A DNA stretch of 64,000 bases from Thiotrichaceae bacterium (GTDB lineage Bacteria > Pseudomonadota > Gammaproteobacteria > Beggiatoales > Beggiatoaceae). The translations under genes and the position numbers were made by a program. The DNA is taken from NCBI GenBank assembly GCA_028688145.1, contig JAQTYU010000001.1:266284-330283 (forward strand). Reading direction: 5' to 3'. The notes beneath the pieces were generated by a model, which did not search any database, was not told where the DNA came from, and worked only from the letters and a program-made list of their open reading frames with translations. This document shows, piece by piece, positions 52,317-62,304 of the stretch. Within the stretch, counting starts at the first letter, position 1. Each line of letters starts with the position of its first letter.

Positions 52317-53435
52317 ATGATTATTATACTTGAGCCACAAGTTACGAGTGGCAGTGAAGAATACAACAAGATTATGGCATTTTTGGAAAAATTACCAAAC
52401 GTGCAACACCGCATTCATGCTGAAGTTGGGGAACAACAAACCCTGACCGAAATTTATTTAATTGGCGATACCCACACCCTTGATAAAGAAGAGATTCAAG
52501 CTTTACCCGGTGTGGGTCGTGTGGTGCGAGTTTCGCGTGAATATCGGGTGTTAGGCAGACATGCCGACGACGATCAACGCACTTCCGCTTTTGAATACAA
52601 TGGCGTGACTTTCAGCCAAGATACTTTGAATGTGTTTGCAGGGCTGTGTGCAGTCGATACCCCTGAACACGTTGAAATCATGATGAAAGCTTTGCAAGCC
52701 GAAGGGCAAGTTTGCACTCGGATGGGCGCGTACAAACCCCGTACCAATCCTTATGCTTTCCAAGGACATGGCAAAGATTGCTTAAACTATGTGTTCGAGT
52801 TGGCTGGCAAATACGGCATTAAAGTGATTTCGATGGAAGTTACTCATGAATCACATATTGATGAAATTCATGCGGCTTTAGAAGCCACGGGCAAGCCCAC
52901 GGGCGTGATGTTGCAAATTGGCACGCGCAACACCCAAAACTTTGAATTATTAAAGTCTGTGGGTCGTCAAAATGAATACCCCGTGTTAATTAAGCGCGGT
53001 TTCGGGATTACGCTTGAAGAGTCTTTAAATGCGGCTGAATATCTCGCCAGCGAAGGCAATCGTAAAGTGGTGTTCGGTTTACGCGGCATGAAAACCAACA
53101 TGGGCGACCCACACCGCAATCTGGTGGACTTCTCGCATGTGCCCACGGTCAAGCGTTTGACCCGGATGCCTGTGTGTATCGATCCTTCACATTCTGTGGG
53201 CACACGCTCACGTTGCTGTGATGGGATTCTGGATGTGTTCCACGCCACCACGCAAGGTATTATTGCAGGCGCGAACATGGTATTGGTTGATTTCCACCCC
53301 AACCCCGCCAAAGCTTTGGTCGATGGACCTCAGGCTTTATTAATGAAAGAATTGCCCTACTTCTTAGAAGATATTCGTATCGCCCGTGAAGCGTATGAAA
53401 GACGGCGCGCATTGGCAGACAAACAACCTGCTTAA
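52317..53435 (+). CDS. 3-deoxy-7-phosphoheptulonate (DAHP) synthase, class Iβ-type with N-terminal regulatory domain
   Basis: KPRTNPYAFQG and TIM-barrel motifs like DAHPS Iβ / KDO8PS-type, plus an N-terminal ~80-aa extension. Confidence 0.8.
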   Translation: MIIILEPQVTSGSEEYNKIMAFLEKLPNVQHRIHAEVGEQQTLTEIYLIGDTHTLDKEEIQALPGVGRVVRVSREYRVLGRHADDDQRTSAFEYNGVTFSQDTLNVFAGLCAVDTPEHVEIMMKALQAEGQVCTRMGAYKPRTNPYAFQGHGKDCLNYVFELAGKYGIKVISMEVTHESHIDEIHAALEATGKPTGVMLQIGTRNTQNFELLKSVGRQNEYPVLIKRGFGITLEESLNAAEYLASEGNRKVVFGLRGMKTNMGDPHRNLVDFSHVPTVKRLTRMPVCIDPSHSVGTRSRCCDGILDVFHATTQGIIAGANMVLVDFHPNPAKALVDGPQALLMKELPYFLEDIRIAREAYERRRALADKQPA

Positions 53436-53516
53436 TTAGGCGGACTTGAAAGAAGGTGAAGTATTCACTTTCTTTCAAACAAAGGACTTAGGGATGAGAC
53501 GAGGAAATTCGCTGCC

Positions 53517-53912
53517 ATGATTATAGGCATAGGGATCGACATCAGCGAGCAAGAACGCATTCGTGCGAGTATTACCCAATTTGGACAACAGTTTGTTGAA
53601 AAGCTATTTACTGCACAAGAGATCACGTATTGCGAACGTTATCGTGATCCCACGGAACATTATGCGGGCAAGTTTGCGGTGAAAGAGGCGTTTATGAAGG
53701 CGATAGGTACCGGTCGCCGTCAACAAGTCACGTTTAAAGATATTGAAGTGCTTAATCAATCTTCGGGGGCACCCCGTATCACTTTACATGGCAATACGAA
53801 AACATTGACGGATGCCATTGGCATCATGCAGATTCACGTCAGTGTGTCGCATAGCGCGAATATTGCAGTTGCCGTGGTCATTTTGGAAAGTTCGCCTGAT
53901 CTGAAAGTTTAG
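53517..53912 (+). CDS. acpS: holo-[acyl-carrier-protein] synthase
   Basis: MIIGIGIDI...FAVKEAFMKA signature. Confidence 0.9.
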   Translation: MIIGIGIDISEQERIRASITQFGQQFVEKLFTAQEITYCERYRDPTEHYAGKFAVKEAFMKAIGTGRRQQVTFKDIEVLNQSSGAPRITLHGNTKTLTDAIGIMQIHVSVSHSANIAVAVVILESSPDLKV

Positions 53913-54191
53913 ACAGGTGATTCAGCTAATTTCATAAAAATTTAATTTTAATCACGAAACCTTGGCAGTGGTTAGTATTTTTTCGCTTGTAATTTCAGTA
54001 CTCGTTTCTGTACAGAAACGTGGAAAATAGAATGCTGGAAAACGTAATACTTTCACACACTGCAACCTTTGGAATAACATTATGAAACTTAAAAGTTTTA
54101 AGCATCAAATTGGGTATAATTTTATACTAACTTTTGAAAATGATGGCAGATAAACTGGAAATGTCCATTGCGGGTTATGATAGTGTAACTA

Positions 54192-54230
54192 GGATGTGTT
54201 GAGGAACGAAGCGCATCATTTGCGTGAAAA
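54192..54230 (+). repeat. family F6 hairpin repeat GGATGTGTTGAGGAACGAAGCGCATCATTTGCGTGA
   Basis: Second copy at 61814-61849. The stems differ by changes that keep G-U/G-C pairing in + strand RNA. Confidence 0.55.
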
Positions 54231-54388
54231 CACTCAATCTCGACTGATGCGCCTCCTGTCGTCGGCACATCCTATTATGCTAGGTTTTGTAATGGAGAGC
54301 AGTTTGGTCGCTCTAGAGTCCAAAACTGAGCGGTTTGAAATCCTAGAAGTTAAAAATTACCGCTATAAATGGGATTGTTTGAACAAGT

Positions 54389-54784
54389 TTAAATAATGTG
54401 GAGTTGCCTCATTAAACCTAAAAGAATAACAATAAAGATACCAAGCAACCATATTCTAAAAAGATATTTTGCAACAGTCATAGACATTGGCTTGATATAT
54501 AAGCGTTCCAACATTATTGTGATGATAAGGCTCGCTACTGAGATGAAACAGCCCACTAACAAATTAAGATTCCATACTGAAATCAAATTATTAGAAATCA
54601 CACGATAAAATATAGTCGCGAACGTACTGTAAAATAATGCACTAAAAAAATGAATTAAAAAAACGAGCGCAAATAACTCAACAGAGCTGCTACTTTTTTT
54701 ATTGTTGAGATCATTCATTAAGATAGCTGCATCGTTTCCATACGGAGCGCGTGGAAACGATGATAGATTATGAGATTCTGGCAA
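54389..54784 (-). CDS. hypothetical small membrane protein
   Basis: 131-aa ORF, very AT-rich, three predicted hydrophobic helices. No homology recognised. Confidence 0.25.
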   Translation of the reverse strand: MPESHNLSSFPRAPYGNDAAILMNDLNNKKSSSSVELFALVFLIHFFSALFYSTFATIFYRVISNNLISVWNLNLLVGCFISVASLIITIMLERLYIKPMSMTVAKYLFRIWLLGIFIVILLGLMRQLHII

Positions 54785-54834
54785 GGATTGCGGATTTATT
54801 TTTCGCCAGATTTAAGGGGTATTAAAATCTTTAG

Positions 54835-55416
54835 TTATTGCGCCGCCGTCAAAGTTTCACGCACCGTGAACGCGCCGCGCAAATCTCCCACATTAAAACC
54901 CACCGCCTTATCTTGTGGATACAAAGCCGTAATTTTTTCCATCAGATCAGGTTTGATCTTGCTGCCATGACAAGTTAAACAAACTTCTGCTGTCGGAATC
55001 GCTTTCATGTAACGCGCTTCACGCTTGCCTTCTGTTTCCACCACCGCATGAAATTCTAAAGTATTCACATCTTCACCCTTGGCTTTACGGGCTTCAAAGG
55101 TATTTAAAACTTCTTCTTCCCACGCATCAGGCGCACTGGCAGCATTGCGCGGTTTTAAACTGGTACGCGCCACGCTCACGCCCGCTTTTTCAGAAATTTG
55201 CTGTGCAATTTTAGGGGCTTTTAGATGACAAACTTCCAAAGCTGCAATCGCCCCACCGCTTTTAATCGCTGTGGTTAATTCTTGTTTTAACGCGCCGCCG
55301 TAAGCCTGAATGGATTGACGATAGCCTGCTAATTTATCGGCACTTAATTCAGTTTCGGCAGAAGCCACATTACACAATAAACCACCCAAAACAATGCTAT
55401 AAATTCCTATTTTCAT
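54835..55416 (-). CDS. DUF3365-like periplasmic c-type heme (CxxCH) protein
   Basis: Signal peptide plus a single CLTCH heme-c motif near the C-terminus. Resembles Tll0287/DUF3365-type proteins. Confidence 0.5.
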   Translation of the reverse strand: MKIGIYSIVLGGLLCNVASAETELSADKLAGYRQSIQAYGGALKQELTTAIKSGGAIAALEVCHLKAPKIAQQISEKAGVSVARTSLKPRNAASAPDAWEEEVLNTFEARKAKGEDVNTLEFHAVVETEGKREARYMKAIPTAEVCLTCHGSKIKPDLMEKITALYPQDKAVGFNVGDLRGAFTVRETLTAAQ

Positions 55417-55531
55417 CAGATTTCCTTGTTGGTTTGAAACCTTCCTCTTTAGGGGCGGTTTTTAAGTTTTGATAACGATACTCGAGTATCATTATCCTTT
55501 GCAGTAAGCTCCTCGTTCACGGGGAGGAACA

Positions 55532-55596
55532 ATCCATCGACCTCTATCCGTCGGCGGGTTTCACCTGACGGATGAGGTTGGGTGTGGATTGAAACA
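55532..55596. repeat. family F5 structured repeat (third copy)
   Basis: Differs from 52163-52223 by only two transitions. Confidence 0.7.
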
Positions 55597-55602
55597 TAAT
55601 AA

Positions 55603-55648
55603 TATCTCTGTGAAAAGCTGCATAAAAAAAGCCCGTGTCTCGCCAATA
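55603..55648 (-). terminator. rho-independent terminator of kup
   Basis: AGCCCGTGTG...CACACGGGCT stem followed, on the minus strand, by a T8 run. Confidence 0.6.
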
Positions 55649-55686
55649 AATTGCAGCGGCACACGGGCTAGTATATTAGCATACTC

Positions 55687-57618
55687 TTATAGATTGAGCT
55701 GTGTCCCGATTTCAATCACCCGATTGCTGGGAATGCGAAAAAAGTCGGTGGCACTGCGCGAATTACGCAACATACTGATAAACAATTTTTCCCGCCATGA
55801 AGCCATACTAAAGCGCTTCTTGGCTTTATCTTTCGAGGGAATGAGCGTTTCACGCCCTAAGAAAAATGTGGTTTCCATTTCGTTGAAATCCAAGCCATAA
55901 GGATGACAATGTTCCAAAATTTTAGGCACATTCGGGTCTTCTTTAAAACCATATTGCGCCACCACGCGGAAGAAGTTACTGCCCAAATCCTGAACCCGAA
56001 CCCGATCATGATCTCTAATATAGGGCACATCTTCCACAACCAAGGTCAATAGCACAATGCGTTCATGCACCACCTTATTGTGTTTTAAGTTGTGTAATAA
56101 AGCAGGGGGCACACCAATTTGATGACTGGTCATAAACACTGCCGTACCCGGTACACGGAATAGGCTATTGCTGGGGCTTGAGTTTTTAGGATCGATCATC
56201 ATGAGAAAATCATCGATTTCTAAAAGGTCAGGTTTCATGCGTTCTGCAATCAGTTCGCGACCCCGTTTCCATGTCGACATTAGAGTAAAAATGCTGAATC
56301 CCACCACGATGGGGAACCAACCACCTTGAGGAATTTTGATCGCGGTTGCACTGAAAAAGATAATATCAATACTTAAAAACCCAACGATTGACATCCACGT
56401 TCCCCACTTGCCCAATCTACCCCAATTCCACATGTGTTTCATGGCAACGAAGGCAAAAAAGGTGCTGATAATCATCATGCCTGTGGCGGCGACCCCATAG
56501 GCGGCGGCTAAATTGCTGGAGGATTGAAAGCCCAACACTAAGCCAATGATTGCAGTCAATAGTGTCCAATTGACCCAAGGCACGTAAATCTGTCCCACTT
56601 CTTCTTCTGAAGTATGGTCAATTTCCATGCGCGGGCAAAAACCCAATTGAATCGCTTGGCGGGTCAAAGAAAATGCGCCAGAAATAACTGCTTGTGAGGC
56701 AATAATGGCGGCGGCGGTGGCAAGCATCACCAGTGGCACTAAGGCCCACTCAGGGGCGAGTAAGTAGAAAGGATTGGCGACAGCTTCGGGGCGACTGATT
56801 AATAATGCGCCTTGTCCAAAGTAATTAATCACAATGGCAGGACCGACTAAATAAAACCAAGCGATCTGAATGGGGCGTTTTCCAAAATGTCCCATGTCCG
56901 TATATAAAGCTTCTGAACCCGTCATCACCAAAACGACTGAGCCAAGCACTAAGAACGCATGGAATTTATTGGTGATCAGAAATTCGATTGCGTAAAATGG
57001 AATAATGGCTTTTAAAACTGAAGGTTGTTGAATGATTTCGAGAAAGCCCAACACCGCCAAGGAGGAAAACCACAACAACATAATCGGGCCAAATAACGCG
57101 CCGACACTGGCTGTTCCTTTGCGTTGCATGGAAAACAGCGCGATTAAAATCACGATGGTGCTTGGGATAATGTAGGGTTTGAAAACATCACTGACAATTT
57201 CTAAACCTTCCACTGCACTGAGCACAGAAATTGCGGGGGTGATAATCCCATCGCCATAAAATAAAGCTGCGCCGAAAATTCCGAGCACGACTAGCCACCA
57301 AACTTTTCGAGCATCTCCCTTCCAATAGCGCAAGGTCAGCGCGGTCAGTGCGAGAATACCGCCTTCGCCATTGTTGTCAGCACGCATAATCAGAATGACA
57401 TATTTTAAAGAAACGACGAAAACCAATGTCCAAAACATTAACGACAAGACACCGAGAATATTATCAGGTGTTGGAGCAACCCCATGCGGGGCAGTAAAAC
57501 ATTCTCGCAAAGCATACAAGGGGCTGGTACCAATGTCGCCATAGACCACGCCTAAAGCCGCGAGGGTCAATTTGAGAGAAACGCTTTGTGAAGGAGTAGA
57601 GGCTGAAGAATGATTCAT
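55687..57618 (-). CDS. kup: KUP/HAK/KT potassium uptake transporter
   Basis: VYGDIGTSPLY signature, 12 TM, C-terminal cytoplasmic domain. Confidence 0.92.
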   Translation of the reverse strand: MNHSSASTPSQSVSLKLTLAALGVVYGDIGTSPLYALRECFTAPHGVAPTPDNILGVLSLMFWTLVFVVSLKYVILIMRADNNGEGGILALTALTLRYWKGDARKVWWLVVLGIFGAALFYGDGIITPAISVLSAVEGLEIVSDVFKPYIIPSTIVILIALFSMQRKGTASVGALFGPIMLLWFSSLAVLGFLEIIQQPSVLKAIIPFYAIEFLITNKFHAFLVLGSVVLVMTGSEALYTDMGHFGKRPIQIAWFYLVGPAIVINYFGQGALLISRPEAVANPFYLLAPEWALVPLVMLATAAAIIASQAVISGAFSLTRQAIQLGFCPRMEIDHTSEEEVGQIYVPWVNWTLLTAIIGLVLGFQSSSNLAAAYGVAATGMMIISTFFAFVAMKHMWNWGRLGKWGTWMSIVGFLSIDIIFFSATAIKIPQGGWFPIVVGFSIFTLMSTWKRGRELIAERMKPDLLEIDDFLMMIDPKNSSPSNSLFRVPGTAVFMTSHQIGVPPALLHNLKHNKVVHERIVLLTLVVEDVPYIRDHDRVRVQDLGSNFFRVVAQYGFKEDPNVPKILEHCHPYGLDFNEMETTFFLGRETLIPSKDKAKKRFSMASWREKLFISMLRNSRSATDFFRIPSNRVIEIGTQLNL

Positions 57619-57904
57619 TGTTGAGAGTAACTTATTGGATTACTGGAAGCTCAAATTATACACCCTGTGGCATGAAACACACAGTTCAAATATAATATAC
57701 TGTAATTTAAGAAATTATTTACGAATTTCCCAGCCATAAATGTGGCAAAAATGTGTATTTTAAAACCTTGGGGAAAGCTTGGGCTAAGGATATGAGAAAA
57801 ACATTTACATAGACCTAAGCAGCCAGTTATCATAATTAATTATTCGCGCAAGACAGGTTTGCGTGTGAGCGGTTTTACCCCCGACGTAAGGCTAACCCGA
57901 TTAT

Positions 57905-59317
57905 ATGAATCAATGGACTTCTTTCATTTCGCAAAAAACTTCTAATGTGGGAGAATTCGTGAATCGCAGTTTGGACCGTCAAGTGAAACTTGCGGTCACG
58001 GGTTTAAGCCGCAGTGGGAAAACCGTGTTTATTACTTCGCTGATTCACCAATTGATGCACGGCTTAGACAGCAGTCATCTGCCATTTTTTGAAATCGCGA
58101 GCAGTGGACGTTTGCGCGGCACGCGCTTGATGCCGCAGCCCAATATGCATATTCCTGCATTTCGCTATCTCGAAGGGATTGAACGTTTATGCAGCGATCC
58201 ACCCGAGTTCCCCGAAGCCACGCAAGGTATTAGTGAAATTCGCTTGGCAATTCGTTATGAATCTGCGCAACCTGTTTTGAAATATCTCGCGCCGATTAAA
58301 ACCTTATACATTGATATTGTGGATTATCCCGGTGAATGGCTGTTAGACCTACCTTTGCTAGAACTGACTTATGAACAATGGTCAGCCCAAATTGCAACGC
58401 TGTGTGAACGTGAACCGCGTTTCACTTTGTCGCAAGCATGGCGGGAATATTTAGACAGCATCGATTTTTCACAGCCCAGCCAAGATGCGGTATTGCGCCA
58501 AGCCAGTGAATTGTATACAGATTTTTTATACGCCTGCAAAAAGCCTGAATACGGTTTGAGTTTATTGCAACCGGGACATTTCACCATGCCGGGCGATAAG
58601 AAAGGCGCACCGATTTTACAATTTTGTCCCTTGTTAAAAATCCCGAGCAGCAAGCCTGAAGGCAGTTTATTTGCGGAAATGAAACGCCGCTACGAAGCTT
58701 ATAAAGAGCATGTGGTGCGGGTTTTTTATCGCGAACATTTCGCCAGTTTCGACCGTCAAATTGTGCTGGTCGACCCGTTGCGGGCGTTTAATGTGGGTTA
58801 TAACGCGTTTGCGGAAATGCAGAGCGCGTTAAATATGGTGTTGCAAAGTTTCCATTATGCGAAAACGGGGCTTATTAATAAGTTATTTGGTGGGCTGAAA
58901 ATTGATAAAGTGTTGTTTGCCGCGACCAAAGCCGACCATGTCACCCCGAATCAATTAAACAATTTAGAACAATTTTTGCGACAAATGCTGATTAAACCGC
59001 AAAAAAATCTGTATTTCGACAGCGTGCAAACCGACGCATTCGCGCTGGCTGCGATTAAATGTACCCAAGCGGCATATACGCAATTTGATGGGCAAAGGCT
59101 TTCTTGTATTAAGGGCGTGCCTAAAGACGGTGATAAGCCGATTGCATTATTTCCCGGAGAAATTCCTGTGGATATTCCTGTCCCCGAAGATTGGGTTGAG
59201 GGACGCTTCAATTTTGTAGAATTTAAACCGCCCCGCTTAAGCAATGCCCACAGCGGCGCATTACCCCATATTCGTTTAGACCGCGCCTTAGAATTTCTGT
59301 TGGGAGATAAATTTTAA
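57905..59317 (+). CDS. ycjX: YcjX-like P-loop NTPase (DUF463)
   Basis: Walker A GLSRSGKT near the N-terminus. About 470 aa, YcjX-like over its whole length. Confidence 0.8.
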   Translation: MNQWTSFISQKTSNVGEFVNRSLDRQVKLAVTGLSRSGKTVFITSLIHQLMHGLDSSHLPFFEIASSGRLRGTRLMPQPNMHIPAFRYLEGIERLCSDPPEFPEATQGISEIRLAIRYESAQPVLKYLAPIKTLYIDIVDYPGEWLLDLPLLELTYEQWSAQIATLCEREPRFTLSQAWREYLDSIDFSQPSQDAVLRQASELYTDFLYACKKPEYGLSLLQPGHFTMPGDKKGAPILQFCPLLKIPSSKPEGSLFAEMKRRYEAYKEHVVRVFYREHFASFDRQIVLVDPLRAFNVGYNAFAEMQSALNMVLQSFHYAKTGLINKLFGGLKIDKVLFAATKADHVTPNQLNNLEQFLRQMLIKPQKNLYFDSVQTDAFALAAIKCTQAAYTQFDGQRLSCIKGVPKDGDKPIALFPGEIPVDIPVPEDWVEGRFNFVEFKPPRLSNAHSGALPHIRLDRALEFLLGDKF

Positions 59318-59318
59318 A

Positions 59319-60455
59319 ATGAGTGCACAAACTTGGAAAGCCCCCCTGTTTTTCGATTTGTCAGAAGTTGAAAGCATTGCTGAAGAAGAAGCGGCGATTA
59401 CCTTAAATTACACGCCGCCTGTGGTGTTGCCTGAAGAAGCGCAATTTGAAACCACGCCGTCTTCTTTGGTGCACGAGCCTGAACCTGAGGTTTATGCAGA
59501 CTCCGCCGCGCCGCGTGATGCAAATTATCAATATTCTGAGCATTATGCCAGTGCCAGTGCGCAGCCTTTGAATGTGCCCAATAATTACGCCGTGCACCAA
59601 TCGCCTTGGATTTGGTTATTGGGCAGTTTAAGCGTGTTATTGCTTGCCTTGTCGGTGCTCGATACTTCCAATTTTATTGCGCGTCAATTTGAAGCCAGCT
59701 TTTTCATGGGTGGTTTTTTCCTGATTTTAATCAGCAGCTTATTGTGGGCGGTAACGATTTTAACCTGGCGCAGTTATCAAGGCGTGCTGGCAATTCGGAA
59801 TATTGCGCATTTGCAGCAACAAGGTGCGCAATTGATGGCGCAGGACAGTCACGGCGATGCGATGTATTACATTCGCAAAGTGGCAGTTTTATATCATCAA
59901 CGTCCTGATTTAAAAGCCCGTTTAGAACGTTTTTATGGCAGTGTGAATGATTGTCACAGTGACCGCGAAGTCTGCAATTTATTTTCACATTATGTTTTGA
60001 AAGATGTGGATCAACAGGCGTATCGCATTGTGGCGCAACGTTCTAAAGAAACCGCGTTTATGGTGATGTTAAGCCAAGTGGCTTTACTCGACACCGCGCT
60101 GACCTTGTGGCGCAATGTGAAAATGATTCGTGACATCGCCAGTTTATACGGCGCACGCCCCAGTTTCTTGGGTTCTACGAGTTTGATTATTGCGGTGGTG
60201 CAAAGTTTGTTATATGCCGATGTCAGTGAAATGTTGGCGGAATCAATGGCGGAAACTTTGGGGAATTCATTTTTATCGGTGATGTCGGCCCAAGCCGCGC
60301 AAGGTGTTGGCAGTGGGATTTTGACGGCGCGGGTGGGGATTAAAGCGATGCAAGTCTGTCGTCCTTTGCCTTTCACGGAAAGTGAAAAACCTCGGATTAA
60401 AGATATTCGTTGGGATATTTTAAGTTCTTTGAAGGGCTTGTTTGCGAATAAGTAA
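59319..60455 (+). CDS. ycjF: YcjF-like inner-membrane protein (DUF697/UPF0283)
   Basis: Directly follows ycjX with a 1-nt gap. Hydrophobic helices in the middle. The conserved ycjX-ycjF pairing is known from E. coli. Confidence 0.65.
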   Translation: MSAQTWKAPLFFDLSEVESIAEEEAAITLNYTPPVVLPEEAQFETTPSSLVHEPEPEVYADSAAPRDANYQYSEHYASASAQPLNVPNNYAVHQSPWIWLLGSLSVLLLALSVLDTSNFIARQFEASFFMGGFFLILISSLLWAVTILTWRSYQGVLAIRNIAHLQQQGAQLMAQDSHGDAMYYIRKVAVLYHQRPDLKARLERFYGSVNDCHSDREVCNLFSHYVLKDVDQQAYRIVAQRSKETAFMVMLSQVALLDTALTLWRNVKMIRDIASLYGARPSFLGSTSLIIAVVQSLLYADVSEMLAESMAETLGNSFLSVMSAQAAQGVGSGILTARVGIKAMQVCRPLPFTESEKPRIKDIRWDILSSLKGLFANK

Positions 60456-60626
60456 TTTTCTGAACCGCAATTCACATAATTTTCACAATGACCACAATTA
60501 AATATGAAATAATTATCTTTTAATTGTGTGAATTATGAGAATTGCGTAAATTGTGGTTCAGACAAAAGCCGAGTTTTAAAGCTCGGCTTTTTTATTTTGG
60601 GGCTACTTTTCTACAAGGATTATTTT

Positions 60627-61796
60627 ATGAATGTGCCGAAATTGCGTTTTAAAGATGATAACGGGCTGGATTTTCCTGAGTGGGAAGAGAAAAAAATAGG
60701 GCAGTTACTACAAGTCACCACAGGAGCTAGAGATACTCAAAACAAGGTTGATAACGGCGTATATCCGTTTTTTGTGCGTTCTCAAACAGTGGAAAGAATT
60801 AATTCTTTTTCTTATGACGGTGAGGCAATTTTAACATCAGGTGATGGTGTTGGGGTTGGTAAAAACTTTCACTACATCAATGGTAAATTTGATTATCATC
60901 AACGTGTTTATTGCTTGTCAAAATTCAATAGTAATGCGTTAGGGAAATACGTATATTTCTACTTTTCCACATTTTTTAATAAAAGAGTTATGCGATTAAG
61001 TGCAAAAAATTCTGTCGATTCTGTTCGTATGGATATGATTGTAGATATGCCCATTTATATTCCAACAGTTGAAGAACAAACCAAAATCGCCAATTTCCTC
61101 ACAGCAGTTGACGACAAAATTGCAGAACTCACGAAAAAAGTAGCCTTATTACAGCGTTATAAAAAAGGCGTAATGCAGCAGATTTTCAGCCAGCAACTGC
61201 GTTTTAAAGATGACAATGGGCAGGATTTTCCTGAGTGGGAAGAGAAAACACTGGGAGAAATATCTAATATATATGACGGTACACACATGACTCCCGACTA
61301 TCAAAAATCAGGGATTCCTTTCTACAGTGTTGAACATATCACAAGTAATAATTTTGCGAACACCAAATTTATCGCTCAGGAAGTTTTTGAACGGGAAAAT
61401 AAAAGAGTAAAGCTTGAAAAAGGTGATCTACTAATGACTAAAATTGGAGATATTGGCACAGTCAAATACATTGATTGGGATGTTGAAGCCTCTTTCTATG
61501 TTAGTTTGGCGTTAATAAAACAATCTGAAAAAGCTAATTTTTTATATGTATCTCATTACATTAGAACTGGCGCATTTCAAAGAGAATTGCATAACAGAAC
61601 TATTCATGTTGCTTTCCCTAAAAAAATTAACTTGGGTGAAATTGGCAACTGCATAGTAAAATTACCTTGTGAAAAAGAACAAACCAAAATCGCCAATTTC
61701 CTCAGCGCACTCGACGAACAAATAAACACCAGCCAGCAGCAACTCAATTTAAGCAAGCAATACAAACAAAGCTTGTTACAACAAATGTTTATTTAA
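60627..61796 (+). CDS. hsdS: type I restriction-modification specificity subunit HsdS (orphan)
   Basis: Two target-recognition domains. Each is preceded by the repeat LRFKDDNG(L/Q)DFPEWEEK and followed by EEQTKIANFL(T/S)A(V/L)D, the conserved HsdS repeat regions. AT-rich. No hsdM or hsdR in the window. Confidence 0.8.
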   Translation: MNVPKLRFKDDNGLDFPEWEEKKIGQLLQVTTGARDTQNKVDNGVYPFFVRSQTVERINSFSYDGEAILTSGDGVGVGKNFHYINGKFDYHQRVYCLSKFNSNALGKYVYFYFSTFFNKRVMRLSAKNSVDSVRMDMIVDMPIYIPTVEEQTKIANFLTAVDDKIAELTKKVALLQRYKKGVMQQIFSQQLRFKDDNGQDFPEWEEKTLGEISNIYDGTHMTPDYQKSGIPFYSVEHITSNNFANTKFIAQEVFERENKRVKLEKGDLLMTKIGDIGTVKYIDWDVEASFYVSLALIKQSEKANFLYVSHYIRTGAFQRELHNRTIHVAFPKKINLGEIGNCIVKLPCEKEQTKIANFLSALDEQINTSQQQLNLSKQYKQSLLQQMFI

Positions 61797-61813
61797 ACTT
61801 CCCAGTCCCGATA

Positions 61814-61849
61814 GGATGTGCTGAGAAACGAAGCACATCATTCGTGTGA
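61814..61849 (+). repeat. family F6 hairpin repeat GGATGTGCTGAGAAACGAAGCACATCATTCGTGTGA
   Basis: Perfect 8-bp stem GATGTGCT/AGCACATC, immediately 3' of hsdS. Confidence 0.55.
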
Positions 61850-61876
61850 TTAAGACTTTTCAGAACCAGACAATTT

Positions 61877-62304
61877 TTATTTCTTAGCGGGTTCATCTTC
61901 TAAAAACGCGGCAAGTTTTTTAAAGCCATTTAACCGAGTGGCTTTCTTATCAAATGTAAGCGTCACTGAACATCCACTGCTTTGATTATTAAGACCTATC
62001 AACGCATCCGAAAAATCGAAGCCTTTGCGATACTGTGCCACGGCTTGCCATGCATTTCCCGAGTTTTCAATTGCTAAACCTTGCGTTTCCATGAGTTGCT
62101 GCAAAACATCTGCAATTTCTACAGATGAATAACGATAAGCACTTTCCAACACCCAAACCAATTCACACAAAACAATATTACTGATATAACAAGGTTCATT
62201 CAGCGAGCAGTAATGCTGAAAAAATTGTTGTGCAAGTTACGACTGTTTCACATCATCATTAACCAAATAACGGACTAAAACATTCGTATCAACACCTATC
62301 ATTT
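61877..62304 (-). pseudogene. vapC: vapC (PIN-domain toxin) interrupted by an in-frame TAA
   Basis: MIGVDTNVLVRYLVNDDVKQS-TAA-LAQQFFQ...CELVWVLESAY... The reading frame is continuous across the stop at about 62243-62245. The start overlaps the vapB stop as ATGA. Confidence 0.55.
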
